A DNA stretch of 64,000 nucleotides. It comes from a virus. The stretch is from IMG/VR virus record IMGVR_UViG_3300044615_000494, one strand, 5' to 3'. Position numbers and translations under genes: made by a program. The notes below the pieces were generated by a model. That model had not been told where the DNA came from. It did not search any database and saw only the letters and a list, made by a program, of their open reading frames with translations. Of the stretch, positions 55,917 through 64,000 are shown piece after piece. Position 1 is the stretch's first letter. Every line of letters starts with the position of its first letter.

Positions 55917-56745
55917 CCTTCAATAAGTCTTTCAATTCAAATAAGTGCTTCATGTAACGGCTAGGATTATCTAGCACACTTACTGCGGCATCACCTTTCC
56001 TTCGAGGTCCGTACTTAACATCAAACTTGACGTTATTGACTTCCTTGTACATCTCTACCATAGCGTTCACTGTAGTACCTACTCCGTGCCCTAAATTCTC
56101 AAGGCTATTTGCAGGTTCTTCGATAGCAGTCTTCAATGCTTCGCAAATCTCTAACACATGAACATAATCACGAACACATGTGCCGTCTGGGGTATCATAG
56201 TCGTTACCGAATATAGTAAACTCACCCTTAGTTTCTGCCCACATTAGGTTCAGCATCAACCCATCAGGGTTAGTGGGCATCAATCCATAACTAGCACCGA
56301 TCACATTATAGAATCTAAACATGCTAAAATCTTTAGGATGATGATTAGTGCAGTATTCCCGCACACAATCTTCCGCCGCCCGCTTACTGATACCGTATGC
56401 ACTCTCACATAATGCGGCTGCACCGGTACTAGCAAAGATGAAATTATTAGTAGGTACTTTATTCAGTACGTTCATAGTACCGTTCATGTTAGTGATATAA
56501 TACATGATGGGTATGCGTTCACTCTCACTAACGTTGACCATAGCAGCCAGATGTATCACAGCATGATATGGTTCTGTTTGATCGGGAATAGTAAACAATC
56601 TGTTGATGTCAACATTATAAAATTTGCTTATCGGGACGACAGGATCTCTGATATCAAGACCATGTATCTCGTATTGTCCTTCTAACATCTTGCATAGATG
56701 ACTACCGATATAGCCTGAGCAGCCTGTTATTAATATTTTTTTCAT
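55906..56745 (-). CDS. NAD-dependent sugar epimerase (GalE-like)
   Basis: ITGCSGYIG, IHLAA, FASTGA, YGISK, RFYNV, RDYVHV and RRKGD. Confidence 0.93.
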   Translation of the reverse strand: MKKILITGCSGYIGSHLCKMLEGQYEIHGLDIRDPVVPISKFYNVDINRLFTIPDQTEPYHAVIHLAAMVNVSESERIPIMYYITNMNGTMNVLNKVPTNNFIFASTGAAALCESAYGISKRAAEDCVREYCTNHHPKDFSMFRFYNVIGASYGLMPTNPDGLMLNLMWAETKGEFTIFGNDYDTPDGTCVRDYVHVLEICEALKTAIEEPANSLENLGHGVGTTVNAMVEMYKEVNNVKFDVKYGPRRKGDAAVSVLDNPSRYMKHLFELKDLLKVSE

Positions 56746-58076
56746 ATTCCCTCAAATAAGTTCGTTGATTCTAATTTTTCTACTGGTTGAAAAGTAGGAT
56801 CTTTAGTCAAGTATGTATTGTCATCTGTGTAGATAACACTGAATTTATGCTTGTTGGTTAAGATACTACGCACATCATCGATGCAAATTATTTTTCTACC
56901 TAAACTTTGTATGAACTCACTATGTTGCACTGTATTAAAATTACAAATCTGTGCAGTGTTGTTATTGCTTTGTTTGCCTTTGAAATCATTGAAGCATTCA
57001 TTCCACTTATGAAACACATCTTTTTCTCTATTACGATATGCTTCTAATATATCATTAGAATACCAAGTCTTAGCATCAGGAACATTATTATATAAATCTA
57101 ACACAGTCTTAGCCATATTCTTTTTGTTGACTGTAAAAAAATGACGGCTATCAAAGTTTTGAGTCCAGCGTTGATTCTCTAATACTACTGTAGGCATCTG
57201 TATCATCTGTTCATAAAAAGCCATGCCATAACTCTCTACAGTGCTAGGGTTGAATGCTACCCTTGCGCCAGTGATGAAGTCTACCTTCTCTTGTCCTACA
57301 ATGCTAGCACGAACATCATAGGTAGCACCGATCTTAGCCAGTCTATCTTCAAACTTCTTAACACCATTAGGACTAGTCATTACTTTAGCGGGTAATTTAG
57401 TTTGTTCTATCAAATCGATAAACAGTTCAGGATTCTTACCTTCTTCCCAACGACCAATAAACAATACACCTTCACGTGGTTTGTGATGTTCTTCTAACAA
57501 TCCTTGCTCCGTGACGGGGATAGGTAAATGCCAAGCATTGTCAAATTGATGCTTATTGAACATGCTCTGTGTACCTACATAGATACCATCAGTCTGTAAC
57601 TGTTGACGCATCACCACATTTGTATTGTACAAGAATGGATTCTTTGTGTCTTTGAACATTTGACTTTCAAGGTGTGTATACGCAATAATTTGTATAACAT
57701 CCTCGAGGCCCATAGTACTAGCGACTTGTACAGTCTCGTATGTATTACAGATAAATGCATCATATAGATTGTGTTCCAATGCTTCTACAATAGCAGTACG
57801 GAAGTTGGCCATGCGCTCATAGCAAAACGTATCACCATACATGAATATATTACTATGAAGAGTGTATGGCAGTGGTTCTAGTGGGGCAATGATGTTCGCT
57901 TTCAATGACTCGACAAACTCATTATCTTTAGGTTCTTTATCTGTAATGATATCGACTTTGATATTATGCTCGTCCATCAATTCACAAAAACTCTTTGTAA
58001 ATTGACCTATACCACCATGAGGTATCAATGTTTGATAACTCACTAAGAAGCCGATTCGTTTATCGTAGGTTCTCAT
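56742..58076 (-). CDS. GT-B glycosyltransferase (GT4-like)
   Basis: GGIG.F, LFIGRWEEGKN and ESYGMAFYE. Confidence 0.85.
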   Translation of the reverse strand: MRTYDKRIGFLVSYQTLIPHGGIGQFTKSFCELMDEHNIKVDIITDKEPKDNEFVESLKANIIAPLEPLPYTLHSNIFMYGDTFCYERMANFRTAIVEALEHNLYDAFICNTYETVQVASTMGLEDVIQIIAYTHLESQMFKDTKNPFLYNTNVVMRQQLQTDGIYVGTQSMFNKHQFDNAWHLPIPVTEQGLLEEHHKPREGVLFIGRWEEGKNPELFIDLIEQTKLPAKVMTSPNGVKKFEDRLAKIGATYDVRASIVGQEKVDFITGARVAFNPSTVESYGMAFYEQMIQMPTVVLENQRWTQNFDSRHFFTVNKKNMAKTVLDLYNNVPDAKTWYSNDILEAYRNREKDVFHKWNECFNDFKGKQSNNNTAQICNFNTVQHSEFIQSLGRKIICIDDVRSILTNKHKFSVIYTDDNTYLTKDPTFQPVEKLESTNLFEGI

Positions 58077-58459
58077 TCTTCCACTTTAGTAATTTCTAAC
58101 TCACAATCGATGATCATCTCGCATTCATCTTGTACCCAACCGTGATCGCATTCGAGGTCAAGCCAACTATTGCCCTCTTCAAAAAATTCTTCTAGCCACT
58201 CTTGTGTTTCTTCATCACATTCATCCATGTCATGCTCTTCCCAACAGCCGTCAGTAGTTTCTACTAGTTCAGATTCATAACCACAATCATAGATATTCAC
58301 ACCGGCTTCGATATCAGGAGGATTATCATCCTCAGTCTCTACGGTGAACTCACCCCAACGCCATCCAGTCTCAATCATAATACGATTGTCACCTTTATAA
58401 AGGTAATTACGTTCAATGATTGACTTCTTCCATGCGGGTTTTACACTCCAAGTTGCCAT
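58073..58459 (-). CDS. Acidic hypothetical protein
   Basis: W..KP.WKKS.IER...ETGWRWG motif. Confidence 0.75.
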   Translation of the reverse strand: MATWSVKPAWKKSIIERNYLYKGDNRIMIETGWRWGEFTVETEDDNPPDIEAGVNIYDCGYESELVETTDGCWEEHDMDECDEETQEWLEEFFEEGNSWLDLECDHGWVQDECEMIIDCELEITKVEE

Positions 58460-58701
58460 TATACGTTTCCTTTCAATTTAGCAATAAGATATTCATCTTT
58501 ATGATACCAGCGATATTCAAACACAGGTTCGCCTGGACCTGTCCACATGGCTACTTTTCTATATGCGAACTGTAGCCATAACCTTTTATCTGATAGCCAG
58601 CAACGTTTAGGTAACCAAGCGAATCGCAAGGTAGTACCTATACTATGGTGATCAAAATGATCCCAATCATCTACTCTATCTCTACTGTTATAGAATGGCA
58701 T
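58459..58701 (-). CDS. Trp-rich hypothetical protein
   Basis: FAWLPKRC..S.K..WL motif. Confidence 0.7.
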   Translation of the reverse strand: MPFYNSRDRVDDWDHFDHHSIGTTLRFAWLPKRCWLSDKRLWLQFAYRKVAMWTGPGEPVFEYRWYHKDEYLIAKLKGNV

Positions 58702-58910
58702 TACCAACTCTCTACGTCAGTAATGTCTAACTTTACCATCTCTTTAGGATCAAACTCAATTGTTACTGACGGTCCAATACCGCTAGGTGATGATTGCTTC
58801 CAAACAATTTGATTAACTGCATCATACATATCGAACACTTCTCTAAGTTTTTCAAACTGATTGCGAGTGATCACAAATTGTTGTTCTTTTGATATAACAC
58901 CTTCTGTCAT
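58701..58910 (-). CDS. Hypothetical protein
   Basis: S.SGIGP...DITDVESW. Confidence 0.7.
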   Translation of the reverse strand: MTEGVISKEQQFVITRNQFEKLREVFDMYDAVNQIVWKQSSPSGIGPSVTIEFDPKEMVKLDITDVESW

Positions 58911-58911
58911 G

Positions 58912-59769
58912 TTATGTTCCCCATTCGTTCTTAAACAATGGTACTTGCAGTCTATCGCTGTACCTCAAACCATTCTTCATAGCAAAGTTTGCTACTTGTC
59001 TATTATTAAGACTGTACACACTTTCTACACCGCCTACGGGCATGACATACACATTACCTGTAAAACCTTCACTGCGATAAAGTTCTGTGACTTCTAATAC
59101 TTCGTCCATATCTTCTTGACTTGCGATAACAAACTTAAGATATACATGACCTGATTCTTGATATTGTAAAACAACATCAGGTCTGATCGCACGTTCACGC
59201 TTTTCACCACTAACACTGAGTTTTGCGCTTACGCTAAACGTGATACTATCATAACTGCGACTGCTGAACGGATCACCCTCAGCCCAATCATATAAAAAGT
59301 CTACAAGTTCAGGCTTTAGTTTCTGACTACCGTTAGTCTCAAACGTGATCTCTTTAAGATTTTTCATGAAGGGATGACTGAGAAGTTTAGGATACATCTT
59401 CTGCCATCCTAACAGTGGCTCACCGCCTGTGATGACTAAGTGTTCGTCTCGCCACTCTTTGAAGGGGAGGATATCTTTGATTGAATCAGCGATGCCATCA
59501 ACTGAGACACGCGGACTAAGATGCTTGAACCTAGGATCCCAACTAGCATAACTGTCACATCCGGTACTAACCAGTGGTAAATCTCTATAAGATTTATATA
59601 ACTTTGCATCGACAGCATGACGTTCATTAGTTTTTTCTCCTCTGGGCATACCGAAACCATCGCAAGTGAAGTTACAGCCGAACGTTCTTAGAAAGACTGA
59701 AGGCACGCCCATGTAGCGACCTTCGCCTTGAATACTGTAGAATAGTTCACTTATCTTGATTGAGTTCAT
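58912..59769 (-). CDS. queE: 7-carboxy-7-deazaguanine synthase QueE
   Basis: SELFYSIQGEG..G.PSVF.RT.GCNF.C...CD, ITGGEPL, ETNGS and K. Confidence 0.9.
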   Translation of the reverse strand: MNSIKISELFYSIQGEGRYMGVPSVFLRTFGCNFTCDGFGMPRGEKTNERHAVDAKLYKSYRDLPLVSTGCDSYASWDPRFKHLSPRVSVDGIADSIKDILPFKEWRDEHLVITGGEPLLGWQKMYPKLLSHPFMKNLKEITFETNGSQKLKPELVDFLYDWAEGDPFSSRSYDSITFSVSAKLSVSGEKRERAIRPDVVLQYQESGHVYLKFVIASQEDMDEVLEVTELYRSEGFTGNVYVMPVGGVESVYSLNNRQVANFAMKNGLRYSDRLQVPLFKNEWGT

Positions 59770-60157
59770 TTAAATACCTTATTAATTCTTTATCTGTAGG
59801 TTTCACACTGTAGTTCTGTTTAAAGAATATCTCATAACTATCACTACCGTATTTACCAATACCATAGAGTATATTAGCATTTATTTTGTCCCAAGTCAAG
59901 TAATCACGGCTCATACCACGCAACCTTTTTTCCCTGATATTATACATACCAAGAGGCTTGATGATATCGATCACTTGTTCTGGTGTACTATTTAGGAGAC
60001 TTCTTGGGTTTGGAAACTTTTTTAGGAACTTTGGAAGCACGTACTTTACTGGCTTTCTTCCCGTTTGGTTCAGCATGATCACTCCTACCATGTGTTCCCA
60101 TTCGTTCTTTATCTGTTGCTGAACCATTAGATCGTCTCTTAGTGCTTTTACCTTCAC
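59747..60157 (-). CDS. Minimal HhH-GPD DNA glycosylase, MBD4-like
   Basis: W...V..I.LNQT, F..KFP, PLG...R, LYGIGKYGSDSYEIF and PTD; GGGAG RBS before GTG. Confidence 0.85.
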   Translation of the reverse strand: MKVKALRDDLMVQQQIKNEWEHMVGVIMLNQTGRKPVKYVLPKFLKKFPNPRSLLNSTPEQVIDIIKPLGMYNIREKRLRGMSRDYLTWDKINANILYGIGKYGSDSYEIFFKQNYSVKPTDKELIRYLNELNQDK

Positions 60158-60326
60158 TTTGCTTCTCCCTGTATCTCAACACGCCATCTACTATGCCATA
60201 TTCAGTAGTCTCTGTGACCAATCGCCAACCGTCAAAAACTACTATTTTTTCAGTGGTTTCACGCTCTAAAAATTGCTTGAATTCTGATAGGCTATTATAC
60301 TTTAATTTTTTAGGTATATACATCAT
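59988..60326 (-). CDS. Hypothetical protein; 3' end overlaps the glycosylase gene by 170 nt
   Basis: ATGA coupling; first ~55 aa look genuine, tail is probably overlap-driven. Confidence 0.5.
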   Translation of the reverse strand: MMYIPKKLKYNSLSEFKQFLERETTEKIVVFDGWRLVTETTEYGIVDGVLRYREKQSEGKSTKRRSNGSATDKERMGTHGRSDHAEPNGKKASKVRASKVPKKVSKPKKSPK

Positions 60327-60589
60327 TGAAACTTGAGTTTGTACCAATTCAGTTCAGCATCAGAATATAAGTATATCCTAGTTCTATGATTGTCAGTCAA
60401 AAAAGCCCAGGTATATTTTTGTTTAGGATTTAAAAATTTTAATTCTCTACCCGGGCCAAATACTTGCCAGCACCATTCACGTATCGTACAAAAATCATGA
60501 CCATCTTTATGAGGGTGGACGAACTCTAAGCAGTACCCAAAGTTCGCACCACCGGCAAATCTACGATCTAATTTTTGTATGATTATCAA
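60323..60589 (-). CDS. Hypothetical protein
   Basis: F...REWCW..FGP...W motif; probable TTG start. Confidence 0.6.
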   Translation of the reverse strand: MIIIQKLDRRFAGGANFGYCLEFVHPHKDGHDFCTIREWCWQVFGPGRELKFLNPKQKYTWAFLTDNHRTRIYLYSDAELNWYKLKFQ

Positions 60590-60590
60590 A

Positions 60591-61115
60591 TTACCACCAG
60601 TCTTCCCAAGGGAACACACACCATTCGGGATTCTCGGCTTTGTTGATCGCCAGGCCAACAAAGTCTGTCTCAAATTCGCTTGCTTGATTTTCGATCAATA
60701 CAGCAAACCTGACATTCTTATGCCAAACACTAGCCCATGCTGTTTGTTCTTTAGGTAAGCAACCGCCTTGCCAATCGCTAACAATATTTTTAAATGTATT
60801 GCCAGTGTCATTGATGTCGTCAACAATCAAGATATTCTTGCGCATAGAAACATCCCAGCGACTCTTATATGTCTCTTGCTCTTCAGATGGAACAGTGCCA
60901 AATGCGTCCTCTGCCATCCATAGATTAGACTCAGCAGGATCTAATGCATAGAAAGGAATGTTTAGGTAATGACTAAGCATCACGCCAGGAATCAATCCTC
61001 CCCTAGTCAAACCTACAATATAGTCAGGTCTGTAGTCGGCAGTATACATCTGACGCACGATTTCTAGAACCCCGCCCTTGACGAATTCATCTGTGTAATA
61101 CATTTGTTTATCCAT
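60591..61115 (-). CDS. Type I phosphoribosyltransferase (xanthine/guanine PRT-like)
   Basis: IVGLTRGGLIP, ILIVDDINDTGNT (PRPP loop) and terminal FPWE. Confidence 0.9.
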   Translation of the reverse strand: MDKQMYYTDEFVKGGVLEIVRQMYTADYRPDYIVGLTRGGLIPGVMLSHYLNIPFYALDPAESNLWMAEDAFGTVPSEEQETYKSRWDVSMRKNILIVDDINDTGNTFKNIVSDWQGGCLPKEQTAWASVWHKNVRFAVLIENQASEFETDFVGLAINKAENPEWCVFPWEDWW

Positions 61116-61117
61116 AA

Positions 61118-61309
61118 TTACCAATGCCTCATTACGTTTGCTATGATGAATAGACATGTTATCACATGTAACACTACCCATGAAGTTTTTAGGAACAATG
61201 CGATACGGGCTTCACGCAAAGTAAGTACAGGGACTCTAGGGCGATCCTCGTCGGTCTCACCCATTAGATGCCCTGTTGCTCTAGCCCAAATTTTTACTAG
61301 ACTGTTCAT
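61118..61309 (-). CDS. Small membrane protein
   Basis: IWARATGH..G.TD...hydrophobic C-terminus; ATGA coupling to queD. Confidence 0.7.
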   Translation of the reverse strand: MNSLVKIWARATGHLMGETDEDRPRVPVLTLREARIALFLKTSWVVLHVITCLFIIANVMRHW

Positions 61310-61755
61310 GCTTCGTAAATTGCGCTGTTTGCACCATGTTCGGCACATTCTACACGCACACAATAACAACGATTGTTAGATTTCTCGCGAATTAAGTTAT
61401 CAGCATAATTAAAAGCATGTTCAGCAAATTTTTCTGCGCCCACACCATTAAAATATGTAAGTTTTGCCAACCCCAATTCTTCTAAATGTTGAAAATCTGC
61501 AACGTGCGGGTCTGCTGTATCTAAACAAACCTTATGATCAAAACTGTCTTCTAACCATTTCTTTAAATCTTTAAGACCCCCGAAATCTACAGCCCAGTTT
61601 TTATCATCTAATGTCTCACATCCAAAAGTAAACTTGAATGATAAACTATAGCCATGCAATAAATGACAATGACTATGCCCTGCATTGGGCTGTCTAAAGA
61701 CTGCCGATAAACCTATGTTGTGTCCGTATGTTTTTGTTGAATAGTACTTTGCCAT
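61306..61755 (-). CDS. queD: 6-carboxytetrahydropterin synthase QueD
   Basis: FRQ..A.HSHCHLLHGY, VDFGGLK, FDH and E..E. Confidence 0.92.
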   Translation of the reverse strand: MAKYYSTKTYGHNIGLSAVFRQPNAGHSHCHLLHGYSLSFKFTFGCETLDDKNWAVDFGGLKDLKKWLEDSFDHKVCLDTADPHVADFQHLEELGLAKLTYFNGVGAEKFAEHAFNYADNLIREKSNNRCYCVRVECAEHGANSAIYEA

Positions 61756-61832
61756 CTCTAGTCTCCTTTACTAATGAGCAAGTTTGATGGCGGCAGAATT
61801 TATAAATCGGGATGACGCCAAGACCGATGTGA
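61756..61832 (-). promoter_or_regulatory. Candidate structured cis-regulatory RNA (H-type pseudoknot plus anti-SD) upstream of queD
   Basis: AUCGG/CCGAU and UGGCG/CGCCA interleaved; CUUGCU before AAAGGAG. Confidence 0.55.
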
Positions 61833-62000
61833 TTATACGCTTTTTACTTCGTATTGTTCGCTAATTTTAGTAGTCAATGTTTCCCATAATGGCTCTAGTG
61901 CATTACGCGGATCCAACTCTACTTCTTGATCAGTGATACAAGATACATCATAATTGACGATAACCTTATCACCTTTGTTATTCTCAAATGTTAACTTCAT
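61833..62000 (-). CDS. Small hypothetical protein (55 aa; not in ORF track)
   Basis: MKLTFENNKGDKV...; GGAG RBS; ATGA coupling. Confidence 0.6.
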   Translation of the reverse strand: MKLTFENNKGDKVIVNYDVSCITDQEVELDPRNALEPLWETLTTKISEQYEVKSV

Positions 62001-62209
62001 ATCCATCTCCTAACTATCACTGTTCCATATCTGTACATATGTGTCTCACAGCCTATTCTGTCAGTAACACTGTGTACTAATTGTATCATCTTTGCGCTGT
62101 TTCCGCAAATGATTTCTAATGGGAATTCGCCCTGATTCATCAATATAAAGTTCTCTACCATAGGTTCGACCTCACTATGTCTGACACCGTGTAGGTCTAA
62201 CTGATTCAT
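61997..62209 (-). CDS. Smr/MutS2-like small domain protein
   Basis: LDLHG.......V..FI....II.G.S motif. Confidence 0.75.
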   Translation of the reverse strand: MNQLDLHGVRHSEVEPMVENFILMNQGEFPLEIICGNSAKMIQLVHSVTDRIGCETHMYRYGTVIVRRWI

Positions 62210-62682
62210 GGCTTATCAGAGTACCTTTTTTGATTCTCTGCTTCCCATACACGCTCACGCAAGTTAGTGCTACTGAAACTATGATCGCGGCTATTAAACA
62301 CTAATTCAATATTACGCTTCTCGCAGATAGCACGACCAGTAAATTCACTTTGCATATACTCTACACCTAATATACGAACATCAAGGGGTAGTGTTAGCAA
62401 AATATCTTCAAGGTCTTTTTCACTATTATAAACTACGATTTCGTCAACGAATCTATTTGCACTAAGTTGAATCTGTCTTTCTACCAGGCTTTGTATGGGA
62501 GCATTCTTTTGAGGTCTGTCCCAACTCGCATTGTTTTGTAAACCTGCGATTAGATAATCGCAATGATTCTTTGCTTCTGCAAGCATAGCAACATGACCTG
62601 CATGTAACAAATCGAATTGGCTGAACGTGATACCTATCTTCAACCCTTTATCTTTTAATTCTTTTATTTTATTGAATATCAT
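62206..62682 (-). CDS. Cytidylyltransferase (TagD/RfaE-like HIGH family)
   Basis: FDLLHAGH, LIAGL, ER...L...FVDE and SST. Confidence 0.9.
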   Translation of the reverse strand: MIFNKIKELKDKGLKIGITFSQFDLLHAGHVAMLAEAKNHCDYLIAGLQNNASWDRPQKNAPIQSLVERQIQLSANRFVDEIVVYNSEKDLEDILLTLPLDVRILGVEYMQSEFTGRAICEKRNIELVFNSRDHSFSSTNLRERVWEAENQKRYSDKP

Positions 62683-62915
62683 CTTTTTAATTCACTCCAA
62701 AATTGTTTCTTATGTTGCTCTTCAAGCCAAACATCTTCATCAGTGAATGTAGGTTGTCTTTTGAGCATTTCCTCTAAAAGAAATTTGATCTCATAGAGTT
62801 CTTTTTTAGTCTGCCAAGATGTCCATCCGTCATTATAAGGGCTACAGATTTCTCCATGAGCCTTAATCAATTGCATTTTAATGCTATCTGGCTCTATTGG
62901 TTTCCTGTATCCCAT
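62679..62915 (-). CDS. Conserved hypothetical phage protein
   Basis: SPYNDGWT....K.EL. Confidence 0.7.
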   Translation of the reverse strand: MGYRKPIEPDSIKMQLIKAHGEICSPYNDGWTSWQTKKELYEIKFLLEEMLKRQPTFTDEDVWLEEQHKKQFWSELKR

Positions 62916-63081
62916 TTGCGACCTTATTAGTATCAATGATGATGTCCATTGCTTGACGTAGTAACTGTTCGATAGTCACAAGTTTCTGTTCAGTTTCCCA
63001 AACTTTCTTGTGCTGTAGTTCTAATCTAGCCTCTAATTCACATACTTTAGAGAATAGTTGATCGTTAAAGTCTCCCATCAC
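62884..63081 (-). CDS. Hypothetical coiled-coil protein
   Basis: ATGA coupling to folE. Confidence 0.6.
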   Translation of the reverse strand: MMGDFNDQLFSKVCELEARLELQHKKVWETEQKLVTIEQLLRQAMDIIIDTNKVANGIQETNRAR

Positions 63082-63758
63082 TTACAGCCCTTCATTGCGA
63101 TATTCAAAAACTCAGCACGGGCAGCAGGATCGTTCTTGAATCCACCACCAAGACGGCTTGTGACTGTGCTACTACCTGTATCCTCTACACCACGACTCTT
63201 CACACAATAATGTTGTGCATCAATCATTACAGCAACATCTTCTGTGCCTAGGATGAATTGTAATGTGTGGAAGATTTGTTCTGTGAGGCGTTCTTGAATC
63301 TGTGGACGCTTGCTGAAGTATTCAACGATTCTGTTGATCTTGCTGAGTCCCAATACTTTATCCTTAGGTACATATGCTACTGTAGCAAGACCATCGATGA
63401 CAACAAAGTGATGTTCGCAGTTGCTTTGTACATTGACATTACGCTCAACGACCATCTCGTTATACTTCATCTTGTTATCGACCGTAGTACACTTAGGGAA
63501 CGAATCATAATCTAGTCCCCAGAAAATCTCATTGACATACATTTTAGCGACACGCTTGGGTGTATCGATCAAACTGTCATCGGTCAAGTCTAATCCTAAA
63601 GCCCTCATGATCTCAGCAAAGTTACCTTCGATGATATCAATCTGTTCTTTACGATCTAGATTGCGCTTTTTGATTGGGGTTTCAACACCCATTTTGACTA
63701 GGTGTTCATGAACCTGTTTGCCAAGTTCTGGGTCTGTTTTTGTCTTATTGTATGACAT
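63078..63758 (-). CDS. folE: GTP cyclohydrolase I (type IA)
   Basis: DTP.RVAKM, SNCEHH, GLSKI.RIV..F..RPQIQERLT, H.CV..RGV and R.EF. Confidence 0.97.
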   Translation of the reverse strand: MSYNKTKTDPELGKQVHEHLVKMGVETPIKKRNLDRKEQIDIIEGNFAEIMRALGLDLTDDSLIDTPKRVAKMYVNEIFWGLDYDSFPKCTTVDNKMKYNEMVVERNVNVQSNCEHHFVVIDGLATVAYVPKDKVLGLSKINRIVEYFSKRPQIQERLTEQIFHTLQFILGTEDVAVMIDAQHYCVKSRGVEDTGSSTVTSRLGGGFKNDPAARAEFLNIAMKGCK

Positions 63759-63773
63759 TTAGTTTCTCCTTCC

Positions 63774-63998
63774 TTACACGGATATGTTAAATTTTGCATT
63801 GATATGCGGTAGAACTATTTGTTCTGCGAACCCTTTAAACTGTTCTCTACTTGGATGAGTAGCCCTGTATCGAACTTCTAGATTACTATGATTTCTTAAA
63901 TGCTCGGGCAAACATGCGAATCCAGAATTCAAACACCAGTCCCAACATGTTTTGACTGGTAAGAAATTACTCCAGTCTATCATATCGTAAAGATGTTT
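63774..63998 (-). CDS. C-terminal part of a protein truncated by the right edge
   Basis: Frame stays open upstream of the track ATG (KHLYDMIDW...) to the window end; HP near the C-terminus. Confidence 0.6.
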   Translation of the reverse strand, partial: KHLYDMIDWSNFLPVKTCWDWCLNSGFACLPEHLRNHSNLEVRYRATHPSREQFKGFAEQIVLPHINAKFNISV

Positions 63999-64000
63999 AA

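Noticed and set aside
59988-60157. 170-nt overlap as a dual-coding or frameshift system
   Set aside because: The glycosylase has its own GGGAG RBS and GTG, no slippery site is visible, and the overlapping tail is low-complexity
1-64000. Stop-codon reassignment (code 15 or 4)
   Set aside because: Conserved genes are intact in code 11, TAA/TAG/TGA all end genes, and gaps are filled by small normal ORFs

Overview
Gene-dense, AT-rich 64-kb segment that reads as part of a large (jumbo, T4-like in regulation) tailed-phage genome. The host is probably a proteobacterium; this is inferred from sigma70 promoters, FdxA, IscA/ErpA, ClpXP and a phasin-like gene. Nearly all genes are on the minus strand. 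Left to right: two collagen-like tail-fibre genes (the longer one runs off the left edge and is missing from the ORF track); an iron/redox and sugar-nucleotide block (IscA, heme oxygenase, HAD-nucleotidyltransferase, GDPD-like, SOD); IF-1, MTA/SAH nucleosidase and APRT; nucleotide enzymes and ferredoxin; arrays of small genes behind repeated promoter cassettes; radical SAM enzymes; ClpP, ClpS, Hsp20, bS21 and ClpX; lipoproteins; ATP-dependent DNA ligase; RNase H/5'-3' exonuclease, DNA MTase, UVDE and a Gp88-like protein; and a folE-queD-queE 7-deazapurine region interleaved with a PRTase, cytidylyltransferase, GT4, epimerase and an MBD4-like glycosylase. The best leads are a candidate A_AAA_AAG -1 frameshift at 36495, a ROSE-like thermometer before hsp20, a pseudoknotted leader before queD, a possible PRTase-based (toyocamycin-like) 7-deazapurine nucleotide route, TAAATA-N5-ATG leaderless late genes, a set of late proteins with capsid-targeting-like N-termini, and a late promoter inside an RBS-occluding hairpin. 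No tRNA, rRNA, CRISPR array or stop-codon recoding was seen. All family calls come from motifs recognised by eye; no searches were run.
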